From: Terriglobia bacterium
GTDB taxonomy: Bacteria; Acidobacteriota; Terriglobia; 20CM-2-55-15
DNA: 64,000 nt
Reading direction: 5' to 3'
Assembly (NCBI GenBank): GCA_963664115.2
Contig: CAXWPJ010000012.1
Coordinates: forward strand, 128,001 to 192,000
This document shows, piece by piece, positions 48,473 to 58,875 of this stretch. A program made the position numbers and the translations under genes. The stretch's first letter is position 1, and each line of letters begins with the position of its first letter. Below the pieces are notes generated by a model, which was given only the letters and a program-made list of their open reading frames with translations, was not told where the DNA came from and ran no database searches.

Positions 48473-48641
48473 ACGACAATAAGCCTCAGGCTTTCTAACG
48501 CAAGCTGTTTAGAGGCTCCCTGGGAGTTGTGCAATCTACCGATTAATGAGCGCTGATTTGAGGTCTATTTAGAAGCTGACGGTCGCTGTAAGCCTTTTGA
48601 AAGGATCTTGTGACGAGTACAACGTAAGCAGAAATGATGTC

Positions 48642-48932
48642 TCAATTCGGCCGCGTTGAATCTGACCAAATTGTGGGAGGCATTCCGGGTAACGGCTTGG
48701 GGTCTTGCGCTTCTTGTTGTTTAGGTTCCAATGGCAGATAGATGGTTTCACCAGTTGTCTTCGGTCTCCCTTTCCCTTCTTCCAAGGTCTTCGGTCTCCC
48801 TTTCCCTTCTAGCTTCTCCTCCAATGCCCTCCAACACTGCAGGCAAATATCATGTTCTCGATTCTCGATCTCTTTTTGCACGCATTCCCGGATTTCTCCG
48901 CAGAGATCACACTTGTAGACAATCATACTCAC
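48642..48932 (-). CDS. Small CxxC...CxxC protein with a 30-bp internal duplication
   Basis: CDLC/CLQC; EGKGRPKT twice (48757-48810). Confidence 0.6.
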   Translation of the reverse strand: MSMIVYKCDLCGEIRECVQKEIENREHDICLQCWRALEEKLEGKGRPKTLEEGKGRPKTTGETIYLPLEPKQQEAQDPKPLPGMPPTIWSDSTRPN

Positions 48933-49366
48933 CTTCGCCTGAAGCGCCTATGACCGCTGATGAAGTTCCTTGGGCTTCGGAACCTCCGACCAGGCGTGAC
49001 GAATCCTGGTCCACGTGTAACCACCCCTCCACGAACAATTACCGTGGGAAAGGTATGGGCAACCACGTGCAGGTGTGAAAACCCAAACGTGTGAAGCTGC
49101 CTATGGATGAAAGGGTCCGAGAATGGCGTCACCAGGCCGGTGTTCAGAAACACTCTCGGAGTTGTCACGATTACCGGCACTTGAGTTGAAAAGCCGGAAC
49201 CTGAAGGAACGTGGCCGAAAGGACGCAGGGGGTTTGTCATGGGAGCGACAGGATTCGACATCGGAGCAATGCCGGTGATGAAACCCGCCCGTTGCGCTTG
49301 AGCTGCGGAGTCAGTGAAGAAGAGGAAAAGGGTAATTACGGCGAAAACTATTACGACTTTTCGCAT
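48929..49366 (-). CDS. Hypothetical secreted protein
   Basis: Signal peptide, GGAGG RBS, overlaps the next gene. Confidence 0.5.
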   Translation of the reverse strand: MRKVVIVFAVITLFLFFTDSAAQAQRAGFITGIAPMSNPVAPMTNPLRPFGHVPSGSGFSTQVPVIVTTPRVFLNTGLVTPFSDPFIHRQLHTFGFSHLHVVAHTFPTVIVRGGVVTRGPGFVTPGRRFRSPRNFISGHRRFRRR

Positions 49367-49532
49367 AATCCACCTCCACCTGAAACTGTGCGCCTGACCG
49401 TCACGTATTTCAATAAAAATGGCGCTATGGCTGGTCCACTCGGCACAAATTCTTCTTGGAGGCTAGCATCGAGTTGGTTGGGATTCTTACGCTTCTTTTA
49501 ATTCAAACAGGTCTGTCATTGCTGGCCTGCAA

Positions 49533-49751
49533 TTAATGTGAAATTTGTTCGAGGCGGTTGAGGATGCTGGCCTTCTGTTCGTCGGTCAGATTGAGGTTGT
49601 ATTTTTTGTCACACAGGATGCAGCGGAAAGGGACATTTCCGACATCTACGAACCATCGCCATTGAAGATCCGTGTACTGAGGGCTCGGCCTGCCATTGCA
49701 GTCGTCTTTCGGGCAATCACCGATCGACAGCGGTATTCTCGTTTCATCCAT
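49533..49751 (-). CDS. Small Cys-containing hypothetical protein
   Basis: CPKDDC...CILC; starts 3 bp after the upstream ORF stop. Confidence 0.45.
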   Translation of the reverse strand: MDETRIPLSIGDCPKDDCNGRPSPQYTDLQWRWFVDVGNVPFRCILCDKKYNLNLTDEQKASILNRLEQISH

Positions 49752-49753
49752 CT

Positions 49754-50104
49754 TCAGGCTACCCCATTCTCTTGAGCCTGATGGATAGAACAGAGGCTGC
49801 CCTGTAGTTCGACCCATCGTTTCGGATCGTCTACGTTGGATCCGCCAGGCACGGCAGCTTGGCATCGCCGCCCTCGTTTAGTGGTGCCGGCACAACGAAC
49901 CGAAAAATTAGATTCCCAGGCCTGAAAGTCGTTCTTTGAGGCGCCGTAATGTTTCGCCAGGACCGCATCAGGATCGCGGTCATAAGCGACCACCTGGGAC
50001 CATGAAAGGGTAATGTACTCGCATCCGGCCGGGTGCGGATGCCAGCAGTCGAAACCGACGTTGAGTTCCGCAAGCTGCTTCAGTGATTGTGCGAGATCCG
50101 ACAT
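49754..50104 (-). CDS. Hypothetical protein with C-terminal C3H zinc-finger-like motif
   Basis: CAGTTKRGRRC...CSIH. Confidence 0.55.
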   Translation of the reverse strand: MSDLAQSLKQLAELNVGFDCWHPHPAGCEYITLSWSQVVAYDRDPDAVLAKHYGASKNDFQAWESNFSVRCAGTTKRGRRCQAAVPGGSNVDDPKRWVELQGSLCSIHQAQENGVA

Positions 50105-50647
50105 GCCTTCGATTATATAGAACGTAAAGCACCGGGAAATCCGTTCGTGCTATCTATATAGGTAAGTCGCTTCTTAAGGGATCCCGACCGAAACGTGATG
50201 GCGCGAGTTTCCGCCTGATTAAGCTCAGGGATGGTGAAACACTGCGGGAGAAGAGGGTCACCGGCACAGCGAAGGCTCAGCGCGAACTAGCGGCCTTGCG
50301 ATCGATGCTGGCGAAGGACGAGATTGAAGAAGACGTCGAATGGATCATCGAGCCATGCTCGGCCGTGGGGAGACGCCGGCTCATCTCTGGTTTCGACCGG
50401 CAATAGCGACTGGGCGCATTCAAACGATGAAATCTACGGGAAATGAGTCCAAGGGAAGGCAGAAAAAAGCGACTGGGTCAACCGGAGCAGCAATTCACAT
50501 CCCCAATGGTTGGTTGCAAAAAGCCCACAGCCGGTTAATGGCCAATCCTCAGATCTGAGATTCTTTCTTCAATGTCTCGACGGCCTAGGTTCCGTATGGA
50601 GACATCGTGCCGATAACCGACTCCGTTGCGACCAGATCGACCCAATC

Positions 50648-51442
50648 GGTATTGTCAACTTACGGTGCGAAGGTCAAACTTGTGCCGAATGAGTGCAGTT
50701 CGATCAGGCTGCCGTGATCGCTTCCCAAGTCGCAAAAGAACGTGACCGCAGCATCCTGTGGTGAACCGCTTTTAGTCTGTGCCTGGACAACCGGAAAAGA
50801 TTCAGAACGACGCCATGCACCGAAAGGAAGAGTTGAGCTTGTCGTGGCGACTTGAACCGTCGCATCTGTCGTTCGCGTTGTCGGGTCGGTTGGTGTGAGA
50901 CTTCGGCTCGATTGTTCGCGTACTGTTCGGTGTCATGATTCACCGAAGGCATGATCGTCCGGAGTGCCGCACTGTAACTCTTCAACTTGTCTGTGACCAG
51001 GCGGAACGGAACCTTTCCTTGCCCCTTCAAGAGCTTGCGAAAGAACCGCTCCGCTGCATGACGGTTGCGTCGCGACTGGACGAGGATGTCGATCACGTCG
51101 CCGTCTTGATCCACGGCACGCCACAAATACTGCCGCTGACCATTGATGGTCACGAACACTTCGTCCAGAAACCATGTATCTCCGAGGCGACCTTGTCGTC
51201 GTCTGAGACGCCTGACATATTCGAGACCGAACCGAGCGCACCACCGGCGGATCGTTTCGTAGGACACTACGATTCCTCGTTCGGCAAGAAGATCCTCAAC
51301 ATTCCGGAGGCTGAGGCCGAATTTGTAGTAGAGCCAGACGGCATGACTGATGATTTCGCGTGGGTAACGGTGCCCGTAATAGAGGGATCGCGTGGATTTC
51401 ATCACGCAAGTCTGCCAGTAACGGGCTCAAGTTGACAGTCAG
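50648..51442 (-). mobile_element. IS6-family insertion sequence
   Basis: IR GGTATTGTCAACTT at left and AAGTTGACAG at right (right end degenerate). Confidence 0.85.
50704..51405 (-). CDS. IS6-family DDE transposase
   Basis: WFLDEVF, YLWRAVD, VTDKL, NNRAEVSHQP. Confidence 0.92.
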   Translation of the reverse strand: MMKSTRSLYYGHRYPREIISHAVWLYYKFGLSLRNVEDLLAERGIVVSYETIRRWCARFGLEYVRRLRRRQGRLGDTWFLDEVFVTINGQRQYLWRAVDQDGDVIDILVQSRRNRHAAERFFRKLLKGQGKVPFRLVTDKLKSYSAALRTIMPSVNHDTEQYANNRAEVSHQPTRQRERQMRRFKSPRQAQLFLSVHGVVLNLFRLSRHRLKAVHHRMLRSRSFATWEAITAA

Positions 51443-51585
51443 TACGGTCTACGAATGGGCGAGGTTTGGTAGGCACAGGAAAGAAGAAACCGTGCATCCG
51501 GTTCGACCCCGTAGAGATCAAATGCTGGTTGGATGAGAGGAAGGTCCACGGGCGAATAAGTAGAGTGCCCACCTTATCAGATTGA
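51443..51585 (+). pseudogene. Excisionase-like (HTH) gene remnant truncated by IS6
   Basis: TVYEWAR...PCIRFDPVEIKCWLDERK fragments. Confidence 0.5.
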
Positions 51586-51629
51586 TCGATAACGCTTATT
51601 AGTATATAACTTCTATTAGGATATATCGC

Positions 51630-51875
51630 ATGACTCAGAGCAGAACAATCGGCAAGAGTTCAGCCAGACGAATCAAGGGCATCAGGAAACAGTTAGGCAT
51701 GAGTCAGGCACAGTTGGCCAACGCTCTCAGCGTGAACAAGAACACAGTTTCACGATGGGAGCGTGGGGATCTGGTGCCACCAAAGCTGGCTGAACTCGCG
51801 GCCAAGTATCTGCTCGTCACTGCGATCAACAAGGAGCAAGCAAAACATGGGCAAACCAAAGGGAAGAAAAGTTGA
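51630..51875 (+). CDS. XRE-family HTH regulator
   Basis: IRKQLGMSQAQLANALSVNKNTVSRWERG. Confidence 0.88.
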   Translation: MTQSRTIGKSSARRIKGIRKQLGMSQAQLANALSVNKNTVSRWERGDLVPPKLAELAAKYLLVTAINKEQAKHGQTKGKKS

Positions 51876-52889
51876 CAGTCCAGCGTTCGGGCTCCTCGAT
51901 TCGATTTGCCGACCGTAATGGGCGAATCTGCCGGGAGAGCACAGGCACAACACAGAAGAAGCTCGCCCAAGCAATCCTCGACAAGACGGACCAGTTGCGG
52001 CCACTTGGATGTTAAGAAGGTTTCTAAAATGTTTTATGAACCTGCACCCAGTATTGGGGCACCTACGGGAACATCTCCGCATGAAGGGCCTCTCCATGAT
52101 CGAAGTTTCATCGGCAATGCCCTGAAAGACATCATGCGATTTCTGAATACCCGGATCGAGCGAGACGAACTGAGCCCGGCGACGAGAAACCGTCATCTCG
52201 TCATGCTACGAGCCTTGTTCAATCGAGCAATCAAGTGGGGGCTGTTGGGAACCAATCCAACGGCGGGAATTGGACGATTGAGAGAAACGGGAGCACGTAC
52301 ACGGTTTCTCGATCAGGACGAGATCAAGGTGTTGTTGGAAGCCGCAAACGATCGATTCCATCCCATCCTGATAACAGCCCTGCACACGGGCATGAGACGT
52401 GGAGAAATTCTCCGACTTCAGTGGCCCGACGTAGACCTCAAAAATCGGACGATTACGATTCAGGAATCGAAGAGCGGAAAGAAACGCATGATCCCAATCG
52501 ACGGCACACTGTGCACAACACTACTGGCGCTCCCTTCCCGCTTTCAGAAGGGCTACGTCTTCCCTTCCCCGCGCAAGGAAAACGCTCCGTACACCGATAT
52601 CAACCATACGTTTCGACGGATCGCCGACAAGGCCAATATTGAAAATGTGCGCTTCCACGACCTGCGCCATACGTTTGCCAGTCATCTGGTCATGAATGGT
52701 GTGGACATTAGAACCGTTCAGGAATTGCTGGGTCATGCCAACGTAACAATGACGATGCGCTACTCTCACCTCTCGCCTGTCCATCGGACACGGGCCGTAC
52801 AAATCCTCGATACAGCCCTCCGAACTGACACAAAAACTGACACAGTGGAAAATCAGACGCAGGCGGGTTCCGCTAACTCATTGAAATAA
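51847..52889 (+). pseudogene. Phage-type tyrosine integrase with frameshifted N-terminus and intact catalytic domain
   Basis: TGMRRGE, SKSG, FHDLRH, LGH, MRY; N-terminal IRFADRNGRICRESTGTTQKKLAQ and CTQYW lie in other frames. Confidence 0.8.
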
Positions 52890-52892
52890 CAA

Positions 52893-52965
52893 TGGGACCG
52901 ACCGGACTTGAACCGATGACTTCCTGCGTGTGAAGCAGGCGCTCTTCCAACTGAGCTACGATCCC
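52893..52965 (-). tRNA. tRNA-Val (anticodon CAC)
   Basis: GGGATCGTAGCTCAGTTGGAAGAGCGCCTGCTTCACACGCAGGAAGTCATCGGTTCAAGTCCGGTCGGTCCCA folds as a cloverleaf; CCA not encoded. Confidence 0.95.
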
Positions 52966-53172
52966 GCAATCGACGTAACAGCGCCTATTTTATCAGTTTG
53001 ACGCTTCGTTGGGCCGTGTGGAGCTGTGTGTTTTTCGTCTGCTTTCCTGGCACCGTAGCCATCCTGAACAACTCCTGCCCGGTCTTGCCTGTAGCTGTTC
53101 CCGGACTTCCAGTGTTTTGAAGGCAGGCTTAGGACCGGCACTGAAGCGGCTGGCTAAACGCCGACACAGAAT

Positions 53173-53328
53173 TCATTCGGCGGTCTTTATCGTTTTCTTC
53201 TTCTTTTTCGGAGGTTCTGGTGGGGGTGCCAGCGCCTCCGCCCGTAGTTCCCGAAGCAGAACTCTCTTGCGAAGTTTTTCTTTCCGTTGGCGATTGTGGC
53301 GCGATTTATCACCGTTCAACTGCGACAT
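53173..53328 (-). CDS. Small basic hypothetical protein (51 aa, below the ORF-track cutoff)
   Basis: MSQLNGDKSRHNRQRKEKLRKRVLLRELRAEALAPPPEPPKKKKKTIKTAE*, GAGG upstream. Confidence 0.55.
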   Translation of the reverse strand: MSQLNGDKSRHNRQRKEKLRKRVLLRELRAEALAPPPEPPKKKKKTIKTAE

Positions 53329-53662
53329 TGCTTGGCCTCACGTGGTTGCGTCAAATTATAGATTGCAGCGACTTCTAAAAGTATCCCGGTTTTCGAGAGT
53401 GGCGGTTTCAGGAGACTCGAAGCTGCGCCAATCTCGTGAAAGAACTCCTCTATTGTACGCAATTTTACGATTTCGGATCACGAACGGCATACGCGTGGCA
53501 AAGGACGGGTTGGACTGGCAACGAGGATGACGGGCCTTGTGGTGCGTGCTTTGTGGCTTGCGATTCGAACGCAGCGTGGTAGTAATTGAGCGCGCCTGGC
53601 CACCGTCCGGCTAGACTGTTCCTGTCACCCGGCATGTCGACGACACAGCATGAAAGATCAAT

Positions 53663-54598
53663 ATGAGCGCTGAGCTCTACGTCAAGCAGGATCCCCACCC
53701 GGCGCCACTCGTTTTCCAGATGCCGGAAGGAGCGATTGATGCCCACATGCACGTGATCGGGCCGTTCGACCGGTTTCCCCTGTCGCCGAAGTCGAAGTAT
53801 CAGCCGTTTGCTGCACCCTGGGCGGAACAAAAAGAAATTCTCATCCAACAGATGGGTTTCTGGGGTTTCGTCGTGGTGGGGGCGACCTGCCACGGCACCG
53901 ACAACGGTGTTGTTGTCGACGCACTGGAACACATGGCCGGGAGGGCGGCGGGCGTGGTTGCCGTTACGGAAGATGTGTCGCCAGAGGAACTCAGGCGCAT
54001 GCACGAAGCCGGGGTACGCGGCGTGCGCTTCGCTTTTCTGCCGCACATCACGAGCGAAGCGCCCGGGCCGGACGTGATCCGCCGCATCGCGGAAAGGATC
54101 GCACCGCTGGGTTGGCACACCGATCTCTATTTTCTTCCGGACACCTTTGACGTCATGGAACCCTTGATTCGGTCGCTGCCCACACCCGTCATTATTGATC
54201 ACATGGGACGACCCGATGTGAATGTGCCGGTCGAAGAAAATGATTATTTCAAACGCCTGCTCGACCTGGGTGGGAGCCGGGACGGGATTTTCTGGAAACT
54301 GACTTCTCCGGACCGGCACACGCGGTCCGCGCGCCCCGAAGACTGGACCCCCGCCCTGGGGTTCGCACACGAGTTGCTGAAGCACTTTCCGGGAAACGTC
54401 ATCAGCGGTACCGACCGGCCGCGCCCGAATATGAACACGGTGATCCTTACCCCCAGAGGGGACCCGCCGAACAAGATGCCCAATGATGGCGACATTGCCA
54501 ACCACTGGATCTGGCCCGTGGCGCACAATGATCCCGGCATATTGGAGAGAATCATGGTGGTCAATCCGCGCAAGCTTTACGATTTCAGGGAGCCCTGA
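53663..54598 (+). CDS. 2-pyrone-4,6-dicarboxylate lactonase-like amidohydrolase (LigI-like)
   Basis: DAHMHVIGP, ATCHGTDN, GVRGVRF, IDHMGRPD, MPNDG. Confidence 0.82.
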   Translation: MSAELYVKQDPHPAPLVFQMPEGAIDAHMHVIGPFDRFPLSPKSKYQPFAAPWAEQKEILIQQMGFWGFVVVGATCHGTDNGVVVDALEHMAGRAAGVVAVTEDVSPEELRRMHEAGVRGVRFAFLPHITSEAPGPDVIRRIAERIAPLGWHTDLYFLPDTFDVMEPLIRSLPTPVIIDHMGRPDVNVPVEENDYFKRLLDLGGSRDGIFWKLTSPDRHTRSARPEDWTPALGFAHELLKHFPGNVISGTDRPRPNMNTVILTPRGDPPNKMPNDGDIANHWIWPVAHNDPGILERIMVVNPRKLYDFREP

Positions 54599-55116
54599 TG
54601 CCGCATTTGAGACTGGAAGTACCGGAAGAATGGATGGGGGACGATTTCATCGAGGCCACAGGCTTCGATGCGAGAAAACTACTGGATCACCTTGTTGAAG
54701 TCGTGGTCGGTCTCCGTATGGAGAAAAACCCCGCCGAAGAACCTCCGCAGGAAGGGCTTGCTGTGCCGGACGAAGCCAATGCAGGGGAATCGGTTCCAAT
54801 GATCAACAAGCGCAATCTCAAGCACGCTCTGATCCCTGTGCATCACTCAGGCGTCGGAGGAGACCGCTCCAGGGGGTTCCTTCACCTCACCCTTGCGGCC
54901 GGCAATGACCAACCCGGTCGCACGGCTCCGGTTCGCAGACGCGCAGCCCGAACCCTCGGCGATGCGATCGACAGCTTTGTGGGCGATCTGCCGGCATTGG
55001 AGTCGGCAACAGTTCACGTTGTGGACATCGACCGCGAACGGGGCTATTCCACGACTGCCGAACGGAAGAAGAAGCGCGAGGAGTCGCCATCAGTTGCCGG
55101 ATCAGCGCGCGGATGA
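54598..55116 (+). CDS. Tautomerase-superfamily (CHMI-like) protein
   Basis: N-terminal MPHLRLE (Pro-1), FLHLTL..G...GRT; translationally coupled to the upstream gene. Confidence 0.55.
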   Translation: MPHLRLEVPEEWMGDDFIEATGFDARKLLDHLVEVVVGLRMEKNPAEEPPQEGLAVPDEANAGESVPMINKRNLKHALIPVHHSGVGGDRSRGFLHLTLAAGNDQPGRTAPVRRRAARTLGDAIDSFVGDLPALESATVHVVDIDRERGYSTTAERKKKREESPSVAGSARG

Positions 55117-55130
55117 CTTCTGATTCACAA

Positions 55131-55167
55131 AAAGCCTTCCGACAGGGAGGCCCTGCCGGAAGGCTTT
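55131..55167. terminator. Bidirectional hairpin terminator
   Basis: AAAGCCTTCCG-CAGGG...CCCTG-CGGAAGGCTTT between convergent genes. Confidence 0.7.
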
Positions 55168-55194
55168 CTATTGTATTGTTCCAGGGCGGCTGAC

Positions 55195-56094
55195 TTACGC
55201 CGCTACCTGGGTAGCTGCTTCGGATTCAATCATCCGACGTGCAAAACGGATAAAGACCAAGGCCGTCACCGGCATGATCGCTGCGTAGATCAAGGCCGCG
55301 ACTGCGAGATCCGGATTCTGGAGGATGTTAAACGTGATCGCAAATGCCAGAGCCAGGTTCTGGACACCCACCTCGTAAGTGATCGTCACGATCTGGGGAG
55401 CGGGCAGCTTAAACAACTTGCCCAGTCCAAAACCTAATCCCATCGTCAGCAAGTTCATCGTGAGGACCATCACCCCCAAGGTCGTGAACTCGGCCACGAT
55501 GGTTTCCCAACTTGTAATCACACCGAAAGCCAACACGACGTAGAGGAGATAAAGGACCATTTTCCGGATGGGTTCCTCGGCTTGCTTTGCGCGCTCCGAC
55601 CACTTGTGTCGAATGAGCATACCTGCAGCAATTGGGAACAGCGTCAGTGTCGCCAAATTCAAGAGCATGCCCAACACCGGTAATTCGATTTCTGCCGCGG
55701 TCATAAATGTCCGAAGCGCCAGCGCAATCATGAACGGAATCGTGAACACGGTAATGACGCTTGTAACCGCAGCCAGTGTGACGCACAGCGGGACGTCCCC
55801 TCGCGCCGCAAAGGTGTAGGCATTGGACGTCACCCCACTGGGGCATACCGCCAGAATGACCAGGCCAACTGCGACCATCGGCGCCGGGTCAAAGAGCCAC
55901 GCCAGGGCGAAGGCCGTGACCGGCAGTCCGATCAATTGAGCCACGAGTCCAATCCCCGCGGCCTTCGGAAATATAATCACCCGTTTGAAGTCGGCTAAAG
56001 TTAACGATAGGCCTAATCCCAGCATGACGAGACGGAGCACCCAGGGCACCGCCGTAGCGTTGATGAACTGAACCTGATCGGCCAGAAATTCCAT
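55195..56094 (-). CDS. Bile acid:sodium symporter family transporter
   Basis: MLGLGLSLT, CPSGVTSN, EVGVQN. Confidence 0.9.
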   Translation of the reverse strand: MEFLADQVQFINATAVPWVLRLVMLGLGLSLTLADFKRVIIFPKAAGIGLVAQLIGLPVTAFALAWLFDPAPMVAVGLVILAVCPSGVTSNAYTFAARGDVPLCVTLAAVTSVITVFTIPFMIALALRTFMTAAEIELPVLGMLLNLATLTLFPIAAGMLIRHKWSERAKQAEEPIRKMVLYLLYVVLAFGVITSWETIVAEFTTLGVMVLTMNLLTMGLGFGLGKLFKLPAPQIVTITYEVGVQNLALAFAITFNILQNPDLAVAALIYAAIMPVTALVFIRFARRMIESEAATQVAA

Positions 56095-56315
56095 AGTCTT
56101 AATTAACTCCCCGAAAAGAAGCGGACGTGCTCACAGACTGTAATTTGCGCTCGTTTCCCCACGGACACAGCCAGCGCCAAAAATCGAATCACTCAGTTCC
56201 GGGCCGTAGACCGGAGTTGCAGCAATTTAAAACCACGTGAAGTCTATTAAATTGGAGGAGTTAAGGTCAATCAAAGCCTTAAAAACGGAACCAAGTTCAT
56301 CAAAGGGCGTCGACC

Positions 56316-58760
56316 GTGGCAGAATGGATTCCTCAAGTTATGTCCCTCGAAAGCCCATTCAAAAAAGGACCGGAGGCGCTGACATGGAACCGGGATTCCG
56401 TTCTGCGGGACTATCGCGTCGGCATCCGAAGCCGCCACTGCAGTGTCCTGGGACGCAAGGAAGTGTTTTCAGGAAAAGCGAAGTTTGGAATCTTTGGTGA
56501 CGGGAAGGAAGTTGCCCAGATGGCCATGGCTTACGCTTTCAAAAAGGGTGATTTCCGGGCGGGCTACTATCGGGACCAGACGTTCATGTTTGCCTTGAAT
56601 CTCCTGACTCCCCAACAGTTCTTTGCCCAACTCTACGCCCATGCGGATCTCGCGGCGGAGCCCGCTTTCGGCGGCCGATCGATGGCTGGTCACTTTGCCA
56701 CCCGGCTATTGAATGACAAGGGAAAGTTCGAACCTCAGGTGGATCGTTATAACTCGTCCGCCGATCTCTCTCCCACAGGCGCCCAGATGCCCCGGCTTGT
56801 GGGACTCGCCTATGCATCCAAACTTTATAGGGAAGTGGACAGCCTGAAGGAATTAGGAGCATCTTTCTCCAACAACGGTGACGAAGTCGCTTTCGGAACC
56901 ATCGGAAACGCCAGCTGCGCCGAGGGCGTGTTCTGGGAAGCGGTCAATGCAGTGGGCGTTCTCCAGGTCCCGATGTTGCTGTCGATCTGGGATGACGGTT
57001 TCGGAATTTCCGTCCCCAACTCTTTTCAGATGACGAAAGGAGATATCGGCCGGATACTGGAAGGCTTTCGCCGTCGGCCGGGCGGACGGCCAGGGCTCGA
57101 CATCTATGTGGCCAAAGGATGGGACTACCCTGAACTTTGTGCCACCTATCTGGAAGCGTCCGCACGTATCCGGGAAGACCATGCACCCGAAATTATTCAT
57201 GTCACTGAGCTGACGCAACCGCTGGGCCATTCCACCTCGGGAAACCATGAGCGCTACAAGTCGCAGCAACGGCTTGAGTGGGAGAAGGAACACGACTGCC
57301 TGCCCAAGATGCGTGAATGGATTCTGCAAAAGGGCTTCGCTGATTCAGAGGAGTTGGACGCACTCGAAGAAGTGGAGAACCAGAACGTCCTGGCCGCACG
57401 CGACAAGGCGTGGTTGGAATACCGAACCCCAATCGAAAATGAGCGACAGTTGGTCCTGTCGATGACGCAGACACTCGAAACAACATCCGGGAAAAAGGAA
57501 AAGATAGCCGGTCTGAGGCGATCGCTCGAGAGCAAGACCATTCCCCTGCGGAGGGACATTATGGCGTCCGTCATGGAAACTCTTCTCACCGTGAAAGACG
57601 AAGATTTAGACACCGTGGCATTGCGGAAATGGAAGCGGGAGCAGGACAGTGTGAACCAGCGGCGTTACAGTTCAGATCTTTATAGCGAAACGTCTGAATC
57701 CGCGCTAACGGTCCCGATAGTACCGGCCCGGTATTCAGGCGATCCGGCTGTTGTCAAAGGCTTCGAAATTATGCAGGCCTCTATGGACGCCGCTTTTTCA
57801 CGATATCCAAACCTGATCGCACTCGGAGAAGATGTAGGCCTCCTCGGAGGCGTCAACCAGGGTTGGGCGCACCTCCAGGAAAAATACGGTACGGAAAGAA
57901 TTACAGACACCGGAATCCGCGAGGCCACTATTGTCGGACAGGCGATTGGAATGGCCTTGAGGGGCCTTCGCCCCATCGCGGAAATTCAATATCTGGACTA
58001 CATCCTGTACGCGCTCCAGATTATCTCCGACGATCTGGCGTCGCTACGATGGCGCACGCGAGGCGGGCAGAAAGCGCCAGTCATCATCAAGACACGAGGC
58101 CATCGGCTCGAGGGTATTTGGCATTCGGGCTCGCCCATGGCGGGGATCATCAACCTCGTTCGGGGCATCTACGTTTGTGTCCCCAGAAACTCTGTCCAGG
58201 CTGCAGGGTTTTACAACACGATTCTCCGTTCCGATGACGCGGCCCTGGTTGTCGAAGTTCTGAACGGCTATCGCAGAAAAGAAGCGATGCCGGAAAATAT
58301 CAGCGACTTCACACTCCCGCTGGGTGTGCCCGAGATTTTGCGGGAAGGCGGGGACGTTACCGTAGTCACCTATGGCGCATGTTGTCCGATCGCCGAAGCG
58401 GCGGCGACTCTACTCGCAACTGTCGGTATCGAGGTCGAGATCATCGACGTGCGCACGTTGCTCCCGTTCGACCTCGATGGAGTCATCGTCAATTCACTGA
58501 AGAAAACCAATCGAATTCTTTTCCTGGACGAGGACTGTCCGGGAGGCGCAACTGCATACATGATGCAGGAAGTGCTTGAGCGCCAAGCGGGCTATGAGTG
58601 CCTCGACAGCCCGCCCAGAACACTGACCGCCCAGGCCCATCGTCCCGCCTATGGTTCCGATGGAGACTATTTTTCCAAACCCAATCGAGAACAGATCGTC
58701 GAGGCGGTCTACGAGCTGATGCGCAGCCACGATCCTGTAAAATTTCCCCCGTTCGTCTGA
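56316..58760 (+). CDS. Fused E1 alpha/beta 2-oxoacid (branched-chain type) dehydrogenase
   Basis: TPP-binding region, GEDVG, DTGIRE.TIVG, RPIAEIQ, transketolase C-terminal domain. Confidence 0.9.
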   Translation: MAEWIPQVMSLESPFKKGPEALTWNRDSVLRDYRVGIRSRHCSVLGRKEVFSGKAKFGIFGDGKEVAQMAMAYAFKKGDFRAGYYRDQTFMFALNLLTPQQFFAQLYAHADLAAEPAFGGRSMAGHFATRLLNDKGKFEPQVDRYNSSADLSPTGAQMPRLVGLAYASKLYREVDSLKELGASFSNNGDEVAFGTIGNASCAEGVFWEAVNAVGVLQVPMLLSIWDDGFGISVPNSFQMTKGDIGRILEGFRRRPGGRPGLDIYVAKGWDYPELCATYLEASARIREDHAPEIIHVTELTQPLGHSTSGNHERYKSQQRLEWEKEHDCLPKMREWILQKGFADSEELDALEEVENQNVLAARDKAWLEYRTPIENERQLVLSMTQTLETTSGKKEKIAGLRRSLESKTIPLRRDIMASVMETLLTVKDEDLDTVALRKWKREQDSVNQRRYSSDLYSETSESALTVPIVPARYSGDPAVVKGFEIMQASMDAAFSRYPNLIALGEDVGLLGGVNQGWAHLQEKYGTERITDTGIREATIVGQAIGMALRGLRPIAEIQYLDYILYALQIISDDLASLRWRTRGGQKAPVIIKTRGHRLEGIWHSGSPMAGIINLVRGIYVCVPRNSVQAAGFYNTILRSDDAALVVEVLNGYRRKEAMPENISDFTLPLGVPEILREGGDVTVVTYGACCPIAEAAATLLATVGIEVEIIDVRTLLPFDLDGVIVNSLKKTNRILFLDEDCPGGATAYMMQEVLERQAGYECLDSPPRTLTAQAHRPAYGSDGDYFSKPNREQIVEAVYELMRSHDPVKFPPFV

Positions 58761-58875
58761 CTGTCTTTTTTTAGATTGGTGTAGTATCCGGACGCGTGGG
58801 CCTCTATTCAGTCGAGTCAAAGGATTAGCAGGTCACAAAAAAACACCGAGTCAGGTATCAAGGCAGGAAATCCGA

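Noticed and set aside
50178-50192. Possible att duplicate of the tRNA-Val 3' end (GGGATCCCGACCG)
   Set aside because: Match to TGGGACCGACCGG is short and gapped; could be chance
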